This document shows, in pieces, positions 1-11,625 of a stretch of 64,000 nucleotides of DNA (positions within the stretch are counted from its first letter, which is position 1; each line of letters starts with the position of its first letter). Location of the stretch: the NCBI GenBank assembly GCA_002269645.1, contig NIVC01000859.1:363561-427560 (forward strand), written 5' to 3'. The stretch is from Macrostomum lignano (lineage: Eukaryota). The notes under the pieces are model-generated. The model had not been told where the DNA came from. It searched no databases and worked only from the letters and a program-made list of their open reading frames with translations. The translations under genes and the position numbers were made by a program.

Positions 1-611
1 AGATACGTAGATAGATCTTCTTCCTCAGGTCTCCTTGGCCTGCTTGTAGGTTGGTGAGAACTTGGTCGGAAATTATTGCAATGCTTGCCTTGTTGTCTTG
101 GAGAAATAAAAAGCGCTGCTGGGAAAAAGCAGAGACACAGAGAGATAGCAATCTTGTAGTTTTACGACGCCGGCACTGTCTCAGCAGGTTTGAAAATGAG
201 CTCTGCTCATCGGTGTGACAAGCCCACCCAGACATGCTTTCTCCCTCACCCTTGTCAACGTCGCCCACCCTCGGCTGCCTCTGTTGCATTATCCATTCAT
301 TTAGTGACAGCGAGACAGAGAGAAAAGCAAAGTGCTCTTTCTGCCGCCCAGGAGGGTCGTTTTTTTTCTTTTCATTCTTATTTCTGCTTCTGCGCACCAT
401 TTTCTAGCGAAAACTCTGAGAGAATTGATGGTCTTTATTTCATAGCTTGTTTTTACTGCAAGTAAGTGTGTATACGCCCGGCTCACTCTCCCTCTCACTC
501 TCTCCCCCAAGCTTCTCATTTCTATTGCTCAGTCGGATGTCTCTAAGGCGCAGGCTGGGAGCGGAGTGGCCCACAATCCGTTCTCCATCAGGCTCTGTCA
601 ATCTTACTTGA

Positions 612-677
612 CCAATATGGTCGCGGGTGAGCCAGTCAGCATTAAGCGTGATGAATGGCGTCTCCATCTATAAAAAG
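612..677 (+). promoter_or_regulatory. Putative Pol II promoter (CCAAT box and TATA box)
   Basis: CCAAT at 612-616 and TATAAAAAG at 669-677, about 85 nt upstream of an ATG (761) that opens a short exon ending in AG|GTAGGT. Confidence 0.45.
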
Positions 678-760
678 ACCCGTCGCATTTAACTGTAATT
701 GAAAGAAAACTATAAGTTATCGACTAGAAGTACGTTTTCGACAGTGCAGCAACAAGCGAC

Positions 761-3700
761 ATGGATTTTGACTACTCCGAGCAAATTGAAATTCGACCAT
801 CAAAAAGGTAGGTTTGCTATTTCAAGCGTTAGTAACTTGAGTCATTGTTACCAGGCATCTTAGTCTCCCTCAGCTCGAAAATTCCCCATGAGTCTTGACA
901 ACTCAAGCGATTCCTTATGAGTCTTGACAGCTCAGCGATTCTCCATGAGTCTTGACAACTCAAGCGATTCCCCATGAGTCTTGACAACTCAGCGATTCCC
1001 CATGAGTCTTGACAGCTCAGCGATTTCCCATGATTCTTGACAACTCAGCGATTCCTTATGAGTCTTGACAGCTCTGCGATTCCCCATGATTCTTGACAAC
1101 TCAGCGATTCCTTATGAGTCTTGACAACTCAGCGATTCCTTATGAGTCCTGACAACTCAGCGATTCCTTATGAGTCTTGACAACTCCAGCGATTCCTTAT
1201 GAGTCTTGACAACTCCAGCGATTCCTTATGAGTCTTGACAACTTAAGCGATTCCCCATGATTCTTGACAACTCAGCGATTCCTTATGAGTCTTGACAGCT
1301 CAGCGATTTCCCATGATTCTTGACAACTCAGCGATTCCTTATGAGTCTTGACAGCTCAGCGATTTTCCATGATTCTTGACAACTCAGCGATTCCTTATGA
1401 GTCTTGACAGCTCAGCGATTCCTTATGAGTCTTGACAGCTCAGCGATTCCTTATGAGTCTTGACAACTCAGCGATTCCTTATGAGTCTTGACAACTCCAG
1501 CGATTCCTTATGAGTCTTGACAACTCCAGCGATTCCTTATGAGTCTTGACAACTTAAGCGATTCCCCATGAGTCTTGACAGCTCAGCGATTTCCCATGAT
1601 TCTTGACAACTCAGCGATTCCCCATGAGTCTTGACAGCTCAGCGATTTCCCATGATTCTTGACAACTCAGCGATTCCTTATGAGTCTTGACAGCTCTGCG
1701 ATTCCCCATGATTCTTGACAACTCAGCGATTCCTTATGAGTCTTGACAACTCCAGCGATTCCTTATGAGTCTTGACAACTCAGCGATTCCTTATGAGTCT
1801 TGACAACTTAAGCGATTCCCCATGATTCTTGACAACTCAGCGATTCCTTATGAGTCTTGACAGCTCAGCGATTTCCCATGATTCTTGACAACTCAGCGAT
1901 TCCTTATGAGTCTTGACAACTTAAGCGATTCCCCATGATTCTTGACAACTCAGCGATTCCCCATGAGTCTTGACAGCTCAGCGATTCCTTATGAGTCTTG
2001 ACAACTCAGCGATTCTTTATGAGTCTTGACAGCTCAGCGATTCCTTATGAGTCTTGACAGCTCAGCGATTCCTTATGAGTCTTGACAGCTCAGCGATTCC
2101 TTATGAGTCTTGACAGCTCAGCGATTCCTTATGAGTCTTGACAACTCAGCGATTCCTTATGAGTCTTGACAGCTCAGCGATTCCTTATGAGTCTTGACAA
2201 CTCAGCGATTCCTTATAAGTCTTGACAACTCAGCGATTCCTTATGAGTCTTGACAACTTAAGCGATTCCTTATGATTCTTGACAACTCAGCGATTCCTTA
2301 TGAGTCTTGACAACTTAAGCGATTCCCCATGATTCTTGACAACTCAGCGATTCCTTATGAGTCTTGACAAACCAACAATTCCCTACGACACTTAAAAACT
2401 CAACAATTCCCCATAATAAGTTTGAACACAGCTTGACATTATTGCCTAATGATTGCCTAATTAGTGCTTCGTCATAACTGAAAATCAATATCTTGACTAT
2501 TAAATCCCAATTACACCCGTTAGCAAAGGCTGCCCCTAAATTAACGACGCCAGAGAATACCCCATAGGTTGCAGGCAACATGAATCAGCTGCGTGAGGCT
2601 ACAGGGATGCAACGCCAGGGGGGGCGTTGCCACCCATACCCAAAACCCCTGGCGACCACGGACCCTCCGAAGAGTCCCGGAAGTGGATTGGGTCTTCCGG
2701 AGAGCCCTCAGTTAGCTTACAAGCTGGTGAAACTTTCCGGGTCCTAAAACGTTGGAGAGGTCCGTGTTTGGGCCGATGTATGTGAAGCCTCTCCTGTGTA
2801 AAGGCGGGGCATTCACAGATGAAGTAGTGGTACATAACAGAACAGGTCACCGCATTGATGTCCCTGCGGTTGAGTCCAAGCAGGGCCCTGCAGAAAGCGA
2901 CGGGACAGGCAACGGTAGTGCAGGGCTTCTGGCATTTTTGTGTTGGGAAAATTTCCATAACTTAATCATCAATACTACTTACTGAAAGTAGCTCATAAGC
3001 CGGACTGATAGGTTCTATTGCTAGACATATCACTATAGCTGTTAGAAGCTAAAAAATACATATTATAGTTTTATTTAGAATTTCGATTAAAACTATTATA
3101 AAACGAACGTTTTCGTTTGTGGTACTTTGAGTAGTGCTATTATTGAACCCAAAACTTTAGATTAAGTGGGCATGCTTGCAACATATCTTAAGCCATGCCC
3201 CCCGGGGTTTGGCCTGAATGTTTGCACAACAATCTACAAGCTGAGAGCATTGGAGGCTGAGGCTATTCAAGTAGTCAAACGGAAATAATTGATGGCCTAC
3301 TGCTCACTTCCTTGTGAGCTACATTGGGTCTCTCTGTGTTGACACTGCTGCAGGGTGGCCTTGTTATGGCTTGTTGGCCATGTCCTCTCTTCTTCAAGGA
3401 GCCTGCAGGAGTCAGAAACCCCCAGTGCCCCTTGTCCCCAAACTATTGGTCGCTATAAAATTGGACGACAAGCCAGTCTGCACCCGCCCTCTGACAGCAG
3501 ACTGATCCCCGTCTAGAGCCGGAATTCTCCTCACGGACCAGCTGCTTAGCAACTGCAGGCAGATGCACAATAAGCCAGACTGCCAGGCAGAACGCTTTGA
3601 ATAGCATCACCAACCCCGGTTACTTTTTGCGTATTTCATCCAAGCATTGTGCTTCTGCGATGCTGCACCTTTTGTAGCTCGCACTTCTATTCTGTTCTTC

Positions 3701-4811
3701 CTGGATCCCCGGTCTTGAGAAACTGAATAGGCTGGGCTTAGTGCAGAGAGCCCAGCTTACAACGCAGCTTACAACTCTGAGCAGAGTCGCATTGGACAGA
3801 TCGGAAGTTGACGGGGAATTTTCTTGTACAGTTAAAATAAGTAGAAGTTTTTGAAGAGTTAAAAAGGCCGAGAGGATCAGCTCCGTATAAATCAGGCAAA
3901 ATCCCTCTACACCATTGAAATCATGTCGCAGAGATGAGGAGGCATTCAAGATGGAGGATCAAGGCTCCGCTCTGCTGCACTACTCCGAGGCCGAGCTCAC
4001 GGCCAGTCGAATCAATCTGAAGGAGCGCCGGCTTCTGTCGCGCAGCTGGGCCCGCCTGGAGGCCGATCGGAGCTACCGGATGCGCTGCCTGCAGACGGAC
4101 CTGCGCCTGGCCGAGCTGGGCCGCGCACGCTTGGAGACGCGCAGCGCTCGGGTGCGCAGCAATCTGACGCAGGACGAGCGCAGCGGCTACCGTCGATTGG
4201 ACGCCGCTGGTATGCTTCGCCTGCCGTCGGGTTGTAGCTATTACCGACGTCCGGCACACCTGGAGCCGGCCCAGCTCATCCAGTCGGCTCAGAGACGCTT
4301 AGAGGCCGGCGGCACGTGCAGTCGTCTCACTCGGAGGCAACACTCGCCGCAGCGCCTGCTGCGACCGAGCACCAGCAAAACCGCCAGCTCCAGCGCGGTG
4401 CGCTTTGTCCGCTCCGACACCGCATTCGACGCGCCAGACGTGGACGACATCAGTGACGCTTCATCGACGACATCGACTTCTTCAGCGTCGACAACGGAGA
4501 GTCTGCGTCAATTGCGCACTGCTGCGGCCGCGTCCTTGGCGCGTCAGAGGCCGCAGACGACAACAGCAACAGCCAGGAGTTCCTACAGCGCCCTTCAACA
4601 GCAGCAGCAGCAGCAGCAACAAAGGCTTCGGCTAACCAGCCAGTCCTGCCATTCCGCATTTTACACCGGCGGCGAGCAGCGGCAGAGCCACTCGATGGAC
4701 GCCGCTAGCAGGCGTCGGGCTTGGGCGGAGGCTGAACGGCAGAAGCAGCGCAACTTGGACAGACCAGTGAAGGAGTTTCTGCGCTCCCTGGAGCAGCTGC
4801 GGGTCGCTTGA
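761..4811 (+). CDS. Two-exon gene of unknown function (about 308 aa, coiled-coil N-half, Ser/Thr/Gln-rich C-half); exons 761-807 and 3932-4811
   Basis: Exon 1 [15 protein letters not shown] ends phase 2 at AG|GTAGGT. Acceptor tcgcag|A at 3931/3932 is phase-compatible with the GC-rich 298-aa ORF 3915-4811. Exon 2 is well supported; the link to exon 1 is inferred. Alternative start is ATG 3951. Confidence 0.6.
884..2370. repeat. 28-bp minisatellite (CTCAGCGATTCCTTATGAGTCTTGACAA), about 52 copies with 29-bp variants
   Basis: Tandem units read directly; recurring variant units ctccagcg and cttaagcg. Confidence 0.95.
2700..2950 (-). mobile_element. Degenerate non-LTR retrotransposon ORF2 C-terminal fragment
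   Basis: Minus ORF 2599-2958 contains [14 protein letters not shown]...[14 protein letters not shown], resembling the C-terminal H-x3-C-x-C zinc-knuckle region of LINE ORF2 proteins, apparently with an internal deletion. Confidence 0.4.
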
Positions 4812-5040
4812 AAATGAGCTTATTTTTTCAAAGGCATTATTCTACATTTACTACTGCACATAATATGCAAATAATTTTTCATAGCTAATGGTTTCTGATC
4901 GTGTGTATGGCTTTGAAGAATTTTGACTCTCTAAAATAAAGAATTTTATTCGTAATTTTTGCAGTGACAGGTAGATCCGCCTGAGAAAATTTGATAAATA
5001 GCAGTCGATTTTCTCTTTCTGAAGCGTACTTTCAAAAGAA

Positions 5041-5590
5041 ATGAAATGAAAAAAATGAGAATTGAGAAATGAGGAATGAGAATTGAGAAATGAGAATTGA
5101 GAAATGAGAAATGAGAATTAGGAAATTACAATTGAGAAATGAGAAATGAGAATTGAGAAATGAGAATTGAGAATTGAGAAATGAGAAATGAGAATTGAGA
5201 AATGAGAATTCAGAAATGAGGAATGAGAATTGAGAAATGAGAATTGAAAAATGAGAAATGAGAATTAAGAAATTACAATTGAGAAATGAGAAATGAGAAT
5301 TGAGAAATGAGAAATGAGAATCGAGAAATGAGAATTCAGAAATGAGAATTCAGAAATGAGGAATGAGAAATGAGAAATGAGAATTGAAAAATGAGAAATG
5401 AGAATTAAGAAATTACAATTGAGAAATGAGAAATGAGAATTAAGAAATTACAATTGAGAAATGAGAAATGAGAATTGAGAAATGAGAAATGAGAATCGAG
5501 AAATGAGAATTGAAAAATGAGAATTGAGAAATGAGAAATGAGAATCGAGAAATGATAAATGAGAAATTAGAAATTAGAATTGAGAAATGA
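5041..5590. repeat. 7-bp tandem repeat (GAGAAAT/GAGAATT)
   Basis: Read directly; it generates the spurious ISHFSIL ORF on the minus strand. Confidence 0.95.
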
Positions 5591-6029
5591 AATTTTGCGC
5601 AAATGTGAGAATAGTGTTCCAAGTTTTACCGGCTAGAGGCAAAGATTATCACCGGCATTAACGAAATGAGACATTTTTATGCAAATAAGCCAAATACTAC
5701 AAGTATATTACGTTTTGGAGACAAAAGTCTATTATAAAAATCGAAAACCTCTCAAACGCTTTCGCCAAGTACGTCATCGTCTTTTGCATATTGGCCCAGA
5801 CATGCTTGGGTTGCTAGTGGACAAGTTTTAACGCTGTAAAAAGTTCGCACCAATTTAAACATCCCGCAAAGATTTTAAAGAGAATTCGGCTCCGCAAGTA
5901 GCACGATCACTTTCCATATTCCTTTTGACCACCTATATCGACCTGGAAATCTCAGAAATCTCGAAAGCCGCTCAACTCCATCGGGTCTCTTTATTTTTAT
6001 ATAATTAGAGGCAGTGAGGTTGTGTGCAA

Positions 6030-6290
6030 CCTTACGCACATTGTCACACAATTAACCGGCGAGAGGCATTACTCCGACTCCCCTGAGCAGGCACACAGGC
6101 TCGCAGATACGTATAGATACGCAATCATACGCACAGGCACACACTCACACAGGAGTGTACAGCGGCCCTAACTTTATTTATCCTTAAACATGTACACCTC
6201 ACTGTTTCTAGGGGTTGGCTCTCAATGGCGTTAATTGCTCGAGCTGAGCCAAGCCGAGATTCCAGTTTCTTCAAATGTAGCGAAAAAGTT
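6030..6290 (+). repeat. Interspersed repeat, copy 1 (copy 2 at about 55900-56160)
   Basis: Shares ggcgagaggcattact, ccgactcccctgagcaggcacaca, catacgcacaggcacacactcacacaggagtgta and gagccaagccgagatt with 55900-56160, same orientation. Confidence 0.85.
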
Positions 6291-6827
6291 TCCGGTAGGA
6301 TTTCTGAGCAGATCTCTTACAATTCAGAGCAACATGGATTCGACTGGTTGCATAAAACGCTTGACGAAAGCAAGCCTGAGAAAGGTCCTGGAGCTGGAGG
6401 AGATCTCTCAAACTGTGCTCAGTGGCAGGCTACTACTCAGAACTGAGGAAAAGGTATGCGGCTGCTGGCTAAGTCACATTAGAGGCACCTAAGCTAAAAT
6501 TCACAGCTCAAAGCGAGGGGCACTTGCTCATCAACTTTGAGCCCCCATTCCGTGCAGTGCCTGCTGAGCAGTCCTCAGAGAAACATGCACGTGAGATTGA
6601 AATTGTTGAAAAATCAACTCTGATTATGCTAAAATTGAATTCTAAAATGCATGGGGTGATGACGTGAGAAGTGAATCGTGGCAAGAAAATCACCAAAAAA
6701 AGATAAAAATCTGTGGTAAAGTTGTGCGTCTGAGAAAAAGTAGAATTAAGAAGGTGAGTGCTATCATTTTTTATGCGACATGTTTCGCCTCGCGTCAGGC
6801 ATCGTCAGGCTCTTAAAATTAGTAACG

Positions 6828-6855
6828 ACTAGCAATCTTTGCCCCCCGATGGGGG
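6828..6855 (-). mobile_element. Helitron-like 3' end (GC hairpin, spacer, CTAG|T)
   Basis: Minus strand reads CCCCC-atcg-GGGGG, then about 10 nt, then CTAG followed by T. Similar motifs at 19731-19758 and 58231-58260. Confidence 0.4.
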
Positions 6856-6949
6856 ACATCTGGATAGAATCCTTGTTCTTTACAAATAACAAATAGACAG
6901 CGAAATAAAGCCTTCATAAAAAAAAGGGACATTCCCTCTAAAAACAAAA

Positions 6950-7470
6950 CATCCCAAGACAGCAAGCATCCTCAGACAGCATTCAAGCATCGATCCCCAA
7001 ATAGCGAAATCCTCCAGACTGCAAGCATCCCCCAGATAGCAAGCATCCCCCCCCGATAGCAAGCAACCCCAGATAGCAAGCATCCCCCAGATAGCAAGCA
7101 TCCCCCAGACCTCAGATAGTAAGCATCCCCCAGACCTCAGATAGTAAGCATCCCCCAGACTGCAAGCAACCCCTGATAGCAAGCATCCCCCAGATAGTAA
7201 GCATCCCCCAGACTGCAAGCAACCCCTGATAGCAAGCATCCCCCAGATAGCAAGCATCCCCCAGATAGCAAGCATCACCCAGACCGCAAGCAACCCCAGA
7301 TAGCAAGCATTAACCTGGATACAAAGAGACCTTATATATATCTAGCAACCCCCTCTTAGATAGCAAGTACCCTCCACCCCCCAAGAGCAAGCATCTCCCA
7401 ATAGCAAGTTACCCCAGTAGCAAGCATCCTTCCGATAGCAAGTATCCATCCTTAAATAGCAAGCATCCAC
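6950..7470. repeat. About 18-20-bp minisatellite block A (CCCCAGATAGCAAGCATC)
   Basis: Read directly; source of the WGMLAI / GGCLLS ORFs. Confidence 0.9.
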
Positions 7471-7579
7471 CAGAGAAAGTAGCTAGTGCAACAATTTCCT
7501 TAGATTTATAGTGGCTCCATTTTGTTTGGCATGACACTTCTTTTATGTTTTAAACGGTGTCTTTTTTATGTTTAAAAAG

Positions 7580-8830
7580 GTGGCTCTTTAATGTTGACAT
7601 AGTGGCTTCTATGTTTACCATGGCGGCCCTTTTACGTTTGAAATGTTGTCTCTGTTATGTTTGACATGGTGGCTCTTCTATGTTTGACATGGGTCTCTTC
7701 TTTGTTTGACATGGTGGCTTAGTTGTTTGACATGGTGGCTCTTTTCTGTTTGACATGCAGTCACATATATGTTTGACATGATGGCGCTTTAATGTTTGAC
7801 ATGGAGTCACGTATATGTTTGACATGGTGGCTCTTTTATGTTTAACATAGTGGCTCTTTAATGTTCGACATGGTGGCTCTTTAATGTTTGACATTGAGTC
7901 ACGTAAAAGTTTGACATGATGGCTCTTTTATATTTTACATGGTGGCTCTTTATGTTTGACATGGTGTCTCTTCTATGTTTCACATGGTGGCTTTTTAATG
8001 TTCGCCATGGTGGCTCTTCTATGTTTGACATGCAGTCACATATATGTTTGACATGATGGCGCTTTAATGTTTGACATGGAGTCACGTATATGTTTAAAAT
8101 GGTGGCTCTTTTATGTTTGATATGGTGGCTCTTTTATGTTTGGCATGGTGACTCTTTTATGTTTGACATGGTGGCTCTTTAATGTTCGACATGGTGGCTC
8201 TTTAATGTTTGACATTGAGTCACGTATACGTTTGACATGATGGCTCTTTTATATTTTACATGGTAGCTCTTTTATATTTTACATGGTGGTTCTTTAATGT
8301 TCGACATGGTGGCTCTTTAATGTTTGACGTAGTGGCTCTTTAATGTTTGAGATGGAGTCACGTGTATGTTTCACATGGTGGCTCTTTAATATTTGACATG
8401 AAGTCACGTGTTTGTTTGACATAGTGGCTCTTTTATGTTCGACATGGTGGCTCTTTAATGTTTGACGTGGTGGCTCTTTAATGTTTGACATGATGGCTCT
8501 TTAATGTTTGACATAGTGGCTCTTTAATGTTCGACATGGTGGCTCTTTAATGTTTTACGTGGTGGCTGTTTAATGTTTGACATGGTGGCTCTTTAATGTT
8601 TGTCATGGTGGCTCTTTAATGTTTGACATGGTGGCTCTTTAATGTTCGGCATGGTGGCTCTTTTATGTTTGACATGGTGTCTCTTTTATGTTTGACATGT
8701 AGTCACGTATATGTTCGACATGGTGGCTCTTTTATGTTTGACATGTTGTCTCTTTTATGTTTGACATGTAGTCACGTATATGTTTGACATGGTGGCTCTT
8801 TTATGTTTGACATGGTGGCTGTTTAATATT
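7580..8830. repeat. 23-bp minisatellite block B (GTTTGACATGGTGGCTCTTTAAT)
   Basis: Read directly. Confidence 0.9.
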
Positions 8831-8899
8831 CGACATACAAAAAAGCCTATAAAAAGAAAACCGACAAACTGCTCAGATGAAGTGCAATGCAAAAAGAAA

Positions 8900-9320
8900 T
8901 CATCCCAAGACAGCAAGCATCACCCAGAGAGAAAGCATCCCCCAGATAGCAAGTACCCCCCAGATAGCAAGCATCACCCAGATAGCAAGCACCCCCCAGA
9001 TAGCAAGCATCCCCCAGATAACAAGCACCCCCCCCCCCAGATAGCAAGCATCCCCCAGATAGCAAGCATCCCCCAGATAGCAAGCATCCCCCAGATATGA
9101 ATAGCAAGTACCCCCCCAGATAGCAAGCATCCCCCAGATAGCAAGCATCCCCCAGATAGCAAGTACCCCCCCCCCCAGATAGCAAGCATCCCCCAGATAG
9201 CAAGCACCCCCCAGATAGCAAGCATCCCCCAGATAGCAAGCATCCCCCAGAAAGCAAGCACCCCCAGTTAGCAAGCATTCCCCAGATAGCAAGCATCCCC
9301 CACATAGCAAGCATCCACCA
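8900..9320. repeat. Second copy of minisatellite block A
   Basis: Same unit as 6950-7470 with the same lead-in catcccaagacagcaagcatc. Confidence 0.9.
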
Positions 9321-9429
9321 TACAATAAGTAGCTAGTGCGAAAATTTCCTTAGCTTTATAGTGGCTCCTTTAAAATTGGCATGATTTAAAATTGGCATTG
9401 GCTGGCAATACTTTTACGTTTGAAATTGT

Positions 9430-10190
9430 GTATATTTTATGCTTGACATGGTGGCTCTCTTATGTCTGACATGGTGGCTCTATTATGTTAACATGGTGCC
9501 TCTTTTATGTTTAACATGGTGGCTCATTTATGTTTGACATGGTGGCTCTTTATTGTTTGACATGGTGGCTCTTTAATGTTCGAAATGGTGGTTCTTTAAT
9601 GTTCGAAATGGTGGTTCTTTAATGTTTGACATAAAGTCACTTTTACGTTGGACATAGTGGCTCTTTAATGTTTGACATGGTGGCTTTTTAATGTTTGACA
9701 TGGTGGCTCTTTAATGTTTGACATGGTGGCTCTTTAATATTCTACATGGTGGCTCTTTAATGTTCGACATGGTGGCTTTTTAATGTTCGACATGGTGGCT
9801 CTTTTATGTTTGACATGGTGGCTCTTTAATGTTCGAAATAGTTGGTTCTTTAGTGTTTGACACGGTGGCTTTTTAATGTTCGACATAGTGGCTCTTTAAT
9901 ATTCTACATTGTGGCTCTTTTATGTTCGATATGGTGATTCTTTGATTTTATTCACGGTGGCTCTTTAATATTCGAAATGGTGGCTCTTTAATGTTTGACA
10001 TTCTAGCTCTTTAATGTTCGACATAGTGGCTCTTTTATGTTTGCCATGGTGGCTCTTTAATGTTCTTCACGGTGGCTCTTTTATGTTTTACATGGTGGCT
10101 CTTTAATGTTTGACATAGAGTCACGTAGATGTTTTACATGGTGCCCATGTAATGTTTGACATGGAGCCTCTTTTATGTTTGACATTGTGC
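9430..10190. repeat. Second copy of 23-bp minisatellite block B
   Basis: Same unit as 7580-8830. Confidence 0.9.
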
Positions 10191-11082
10191 TTTTTTATGT
10201 TTAGCAGTTTCGTGTTTTCAAGGTGTTTGAATAAAAAAAATTATTTTGCACTTCTAAGATTCGAACCGAGGTCGCTACGTTGGCAGTCCAGTCTGTTCGT
10301 ATCTAGGCTATCTCTTTTCAATTGGTGTACATGAATTGTGGCCCTTATAATTAAATTCTTACAGCAAGTCAATTAAAGTAAAAAGTTATGACATAATCAA
10401 TTTCTCAGTCAGCCAGTATCAGTCTCAGTTCAAGTTAGCAATATTGGTTACGCAATTTAAATCAAGTCGTGTGTGCATTTCTTCGACACTGTTTTCAACT
10501 TGTTGTGATTTATTTGTTCATTTATATTTAACAATTAAGACTAAGAACGGGTCGATAAAAGTCAGAAATGTATATAAATTAACAGTAGATTGTACAGTCC
10601 GACGGAGCGCTCACAGAGTTGCAATGAGGGGAGAGAGGGGGGGGAGAGAGAGAGAGAGATGAGCACAAGTGTACACCTAGAATACTCTAAGGAGGGCACT
10701 GGCACCGTGATTAGCAAGTTGCTTATTTAGGATTGGTTTACGCGATTTTATATACAGGGCTTCAAGCACTCTTAGTCTGTACTCATTTGAGCTCGTATGG
10801 ATGGTGGAAAAGTTTCAGTTATGGAAAAATACAGATAAAAATCTGCATCGCTTTTGCTATCGAAAGCATCAGAAAAAGCAGACAGTTGAGCCTGAAAGAA
10901 GACACTGACAATGAGACGCTCACAGATAAAAACAAATTTAAAAATCGCAAAATTCACGCAAAAATGCATTCGAACAATCCGAACGCTGCACTGAGATTCT
11001 ACGCGTGGAGGAGCAGCCGCTGGCAGCAACCCAGCCTCCCCAAGCCATCGCACAGCAAACAGTTTTGTCTTATCTCTACCAG

Positions 11083-11257
11083 CGGCCCGTTCTACCGCAC
11101 CGAGCAGCCCGTCAGGAGTCTGACTGAGTGCGTATATCGCTGCGAAGCTGACTGCCAGGCCGTGCTTTTCCACCTGGACGCCTGCCACCTGCTGAGATTC
11201 CCCATTCTGCCGCACGAGCTGAAGGACGTGGCTGGGATGTTCACCACCCGCGTGTGA
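11083..11257 (+). CDS. Terminal exon encoding a PAN/apple-like Cys module
   Basis: Strong acceptor ttttgtcttatctctaccag at 11082, GC-rich codons, peptide GPFYRTEQPVRSLTECVYRCEADCQAVLFHLDACHLL with the SLxEC-x3-C-x3-C...C spacing of PAN domains. Upstream exon not identified. Confidence 0.55.
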
Positions 11258-11284
11258 GGGACCGCCTGATTTGGAGCAAGGAGT

Positions 11285-11625
11285 CTCGGTTGCTGAAGCC
11301 TTCTGGTTGCTGAACTCTGATTTCTGACACCATCTGATTGCTGAACTCTGTGATTTCTGACACCATCTGGTTGCTGAACTCTGTGATTTCTGACACCATC
11401 TGGTTGCTGAACTCTCTGATTTCTGACACCATCTGGTTGCTGAACTCTGTGATTTCTGACACCCTCTGATTGCTGAACTCTGTGATTTCTGACACCATCT
11501 GATTGCTGAACTCTGTGATTTCTGACACCCTCTGATTGCTAAACTCTGTGATTTCTGACACTCTCTGGTTGCTGAACTCTGTGATTTCTGACACCCTCTG
11601 AGTGCTGAACTCTGTGATTTCTGCA
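11285..11625. repeat. 33-bp minisatellite (about 10 copies) just after the PAN-exon stop
   Basis: Unit CTGAACTCTGTGATTTCTGACACCATCTGGTTG; being a multiple of 3, it produces the 11-aa repeat ORFs on the minus strand. Confidence 0.92.

Noticed and set aside
884-2370. Regular 28-29-bp array as a possible CRISPR
   Set aside because: Units are head-to-tail with no unique spacers, no cas genes, and the context is eukaryotic. Same for the other arrays.
6340-6590. Possible small exons (MDSTGCIKRLTKASLRKVLELEEISQ...EEK|GTATGC and a following one)
   Set aside because: Plausible splice signals but no recognisable domain or complete model; left unannotated.
6880-9325. WGMLAI, GGCLLS, KHPPDS and KSHHV repeat ORFs, superficially Gly/Cys-rich or His-rich proteins
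   Set aside because: Open in several frames because they are minisatellite translations; no unique coding context.
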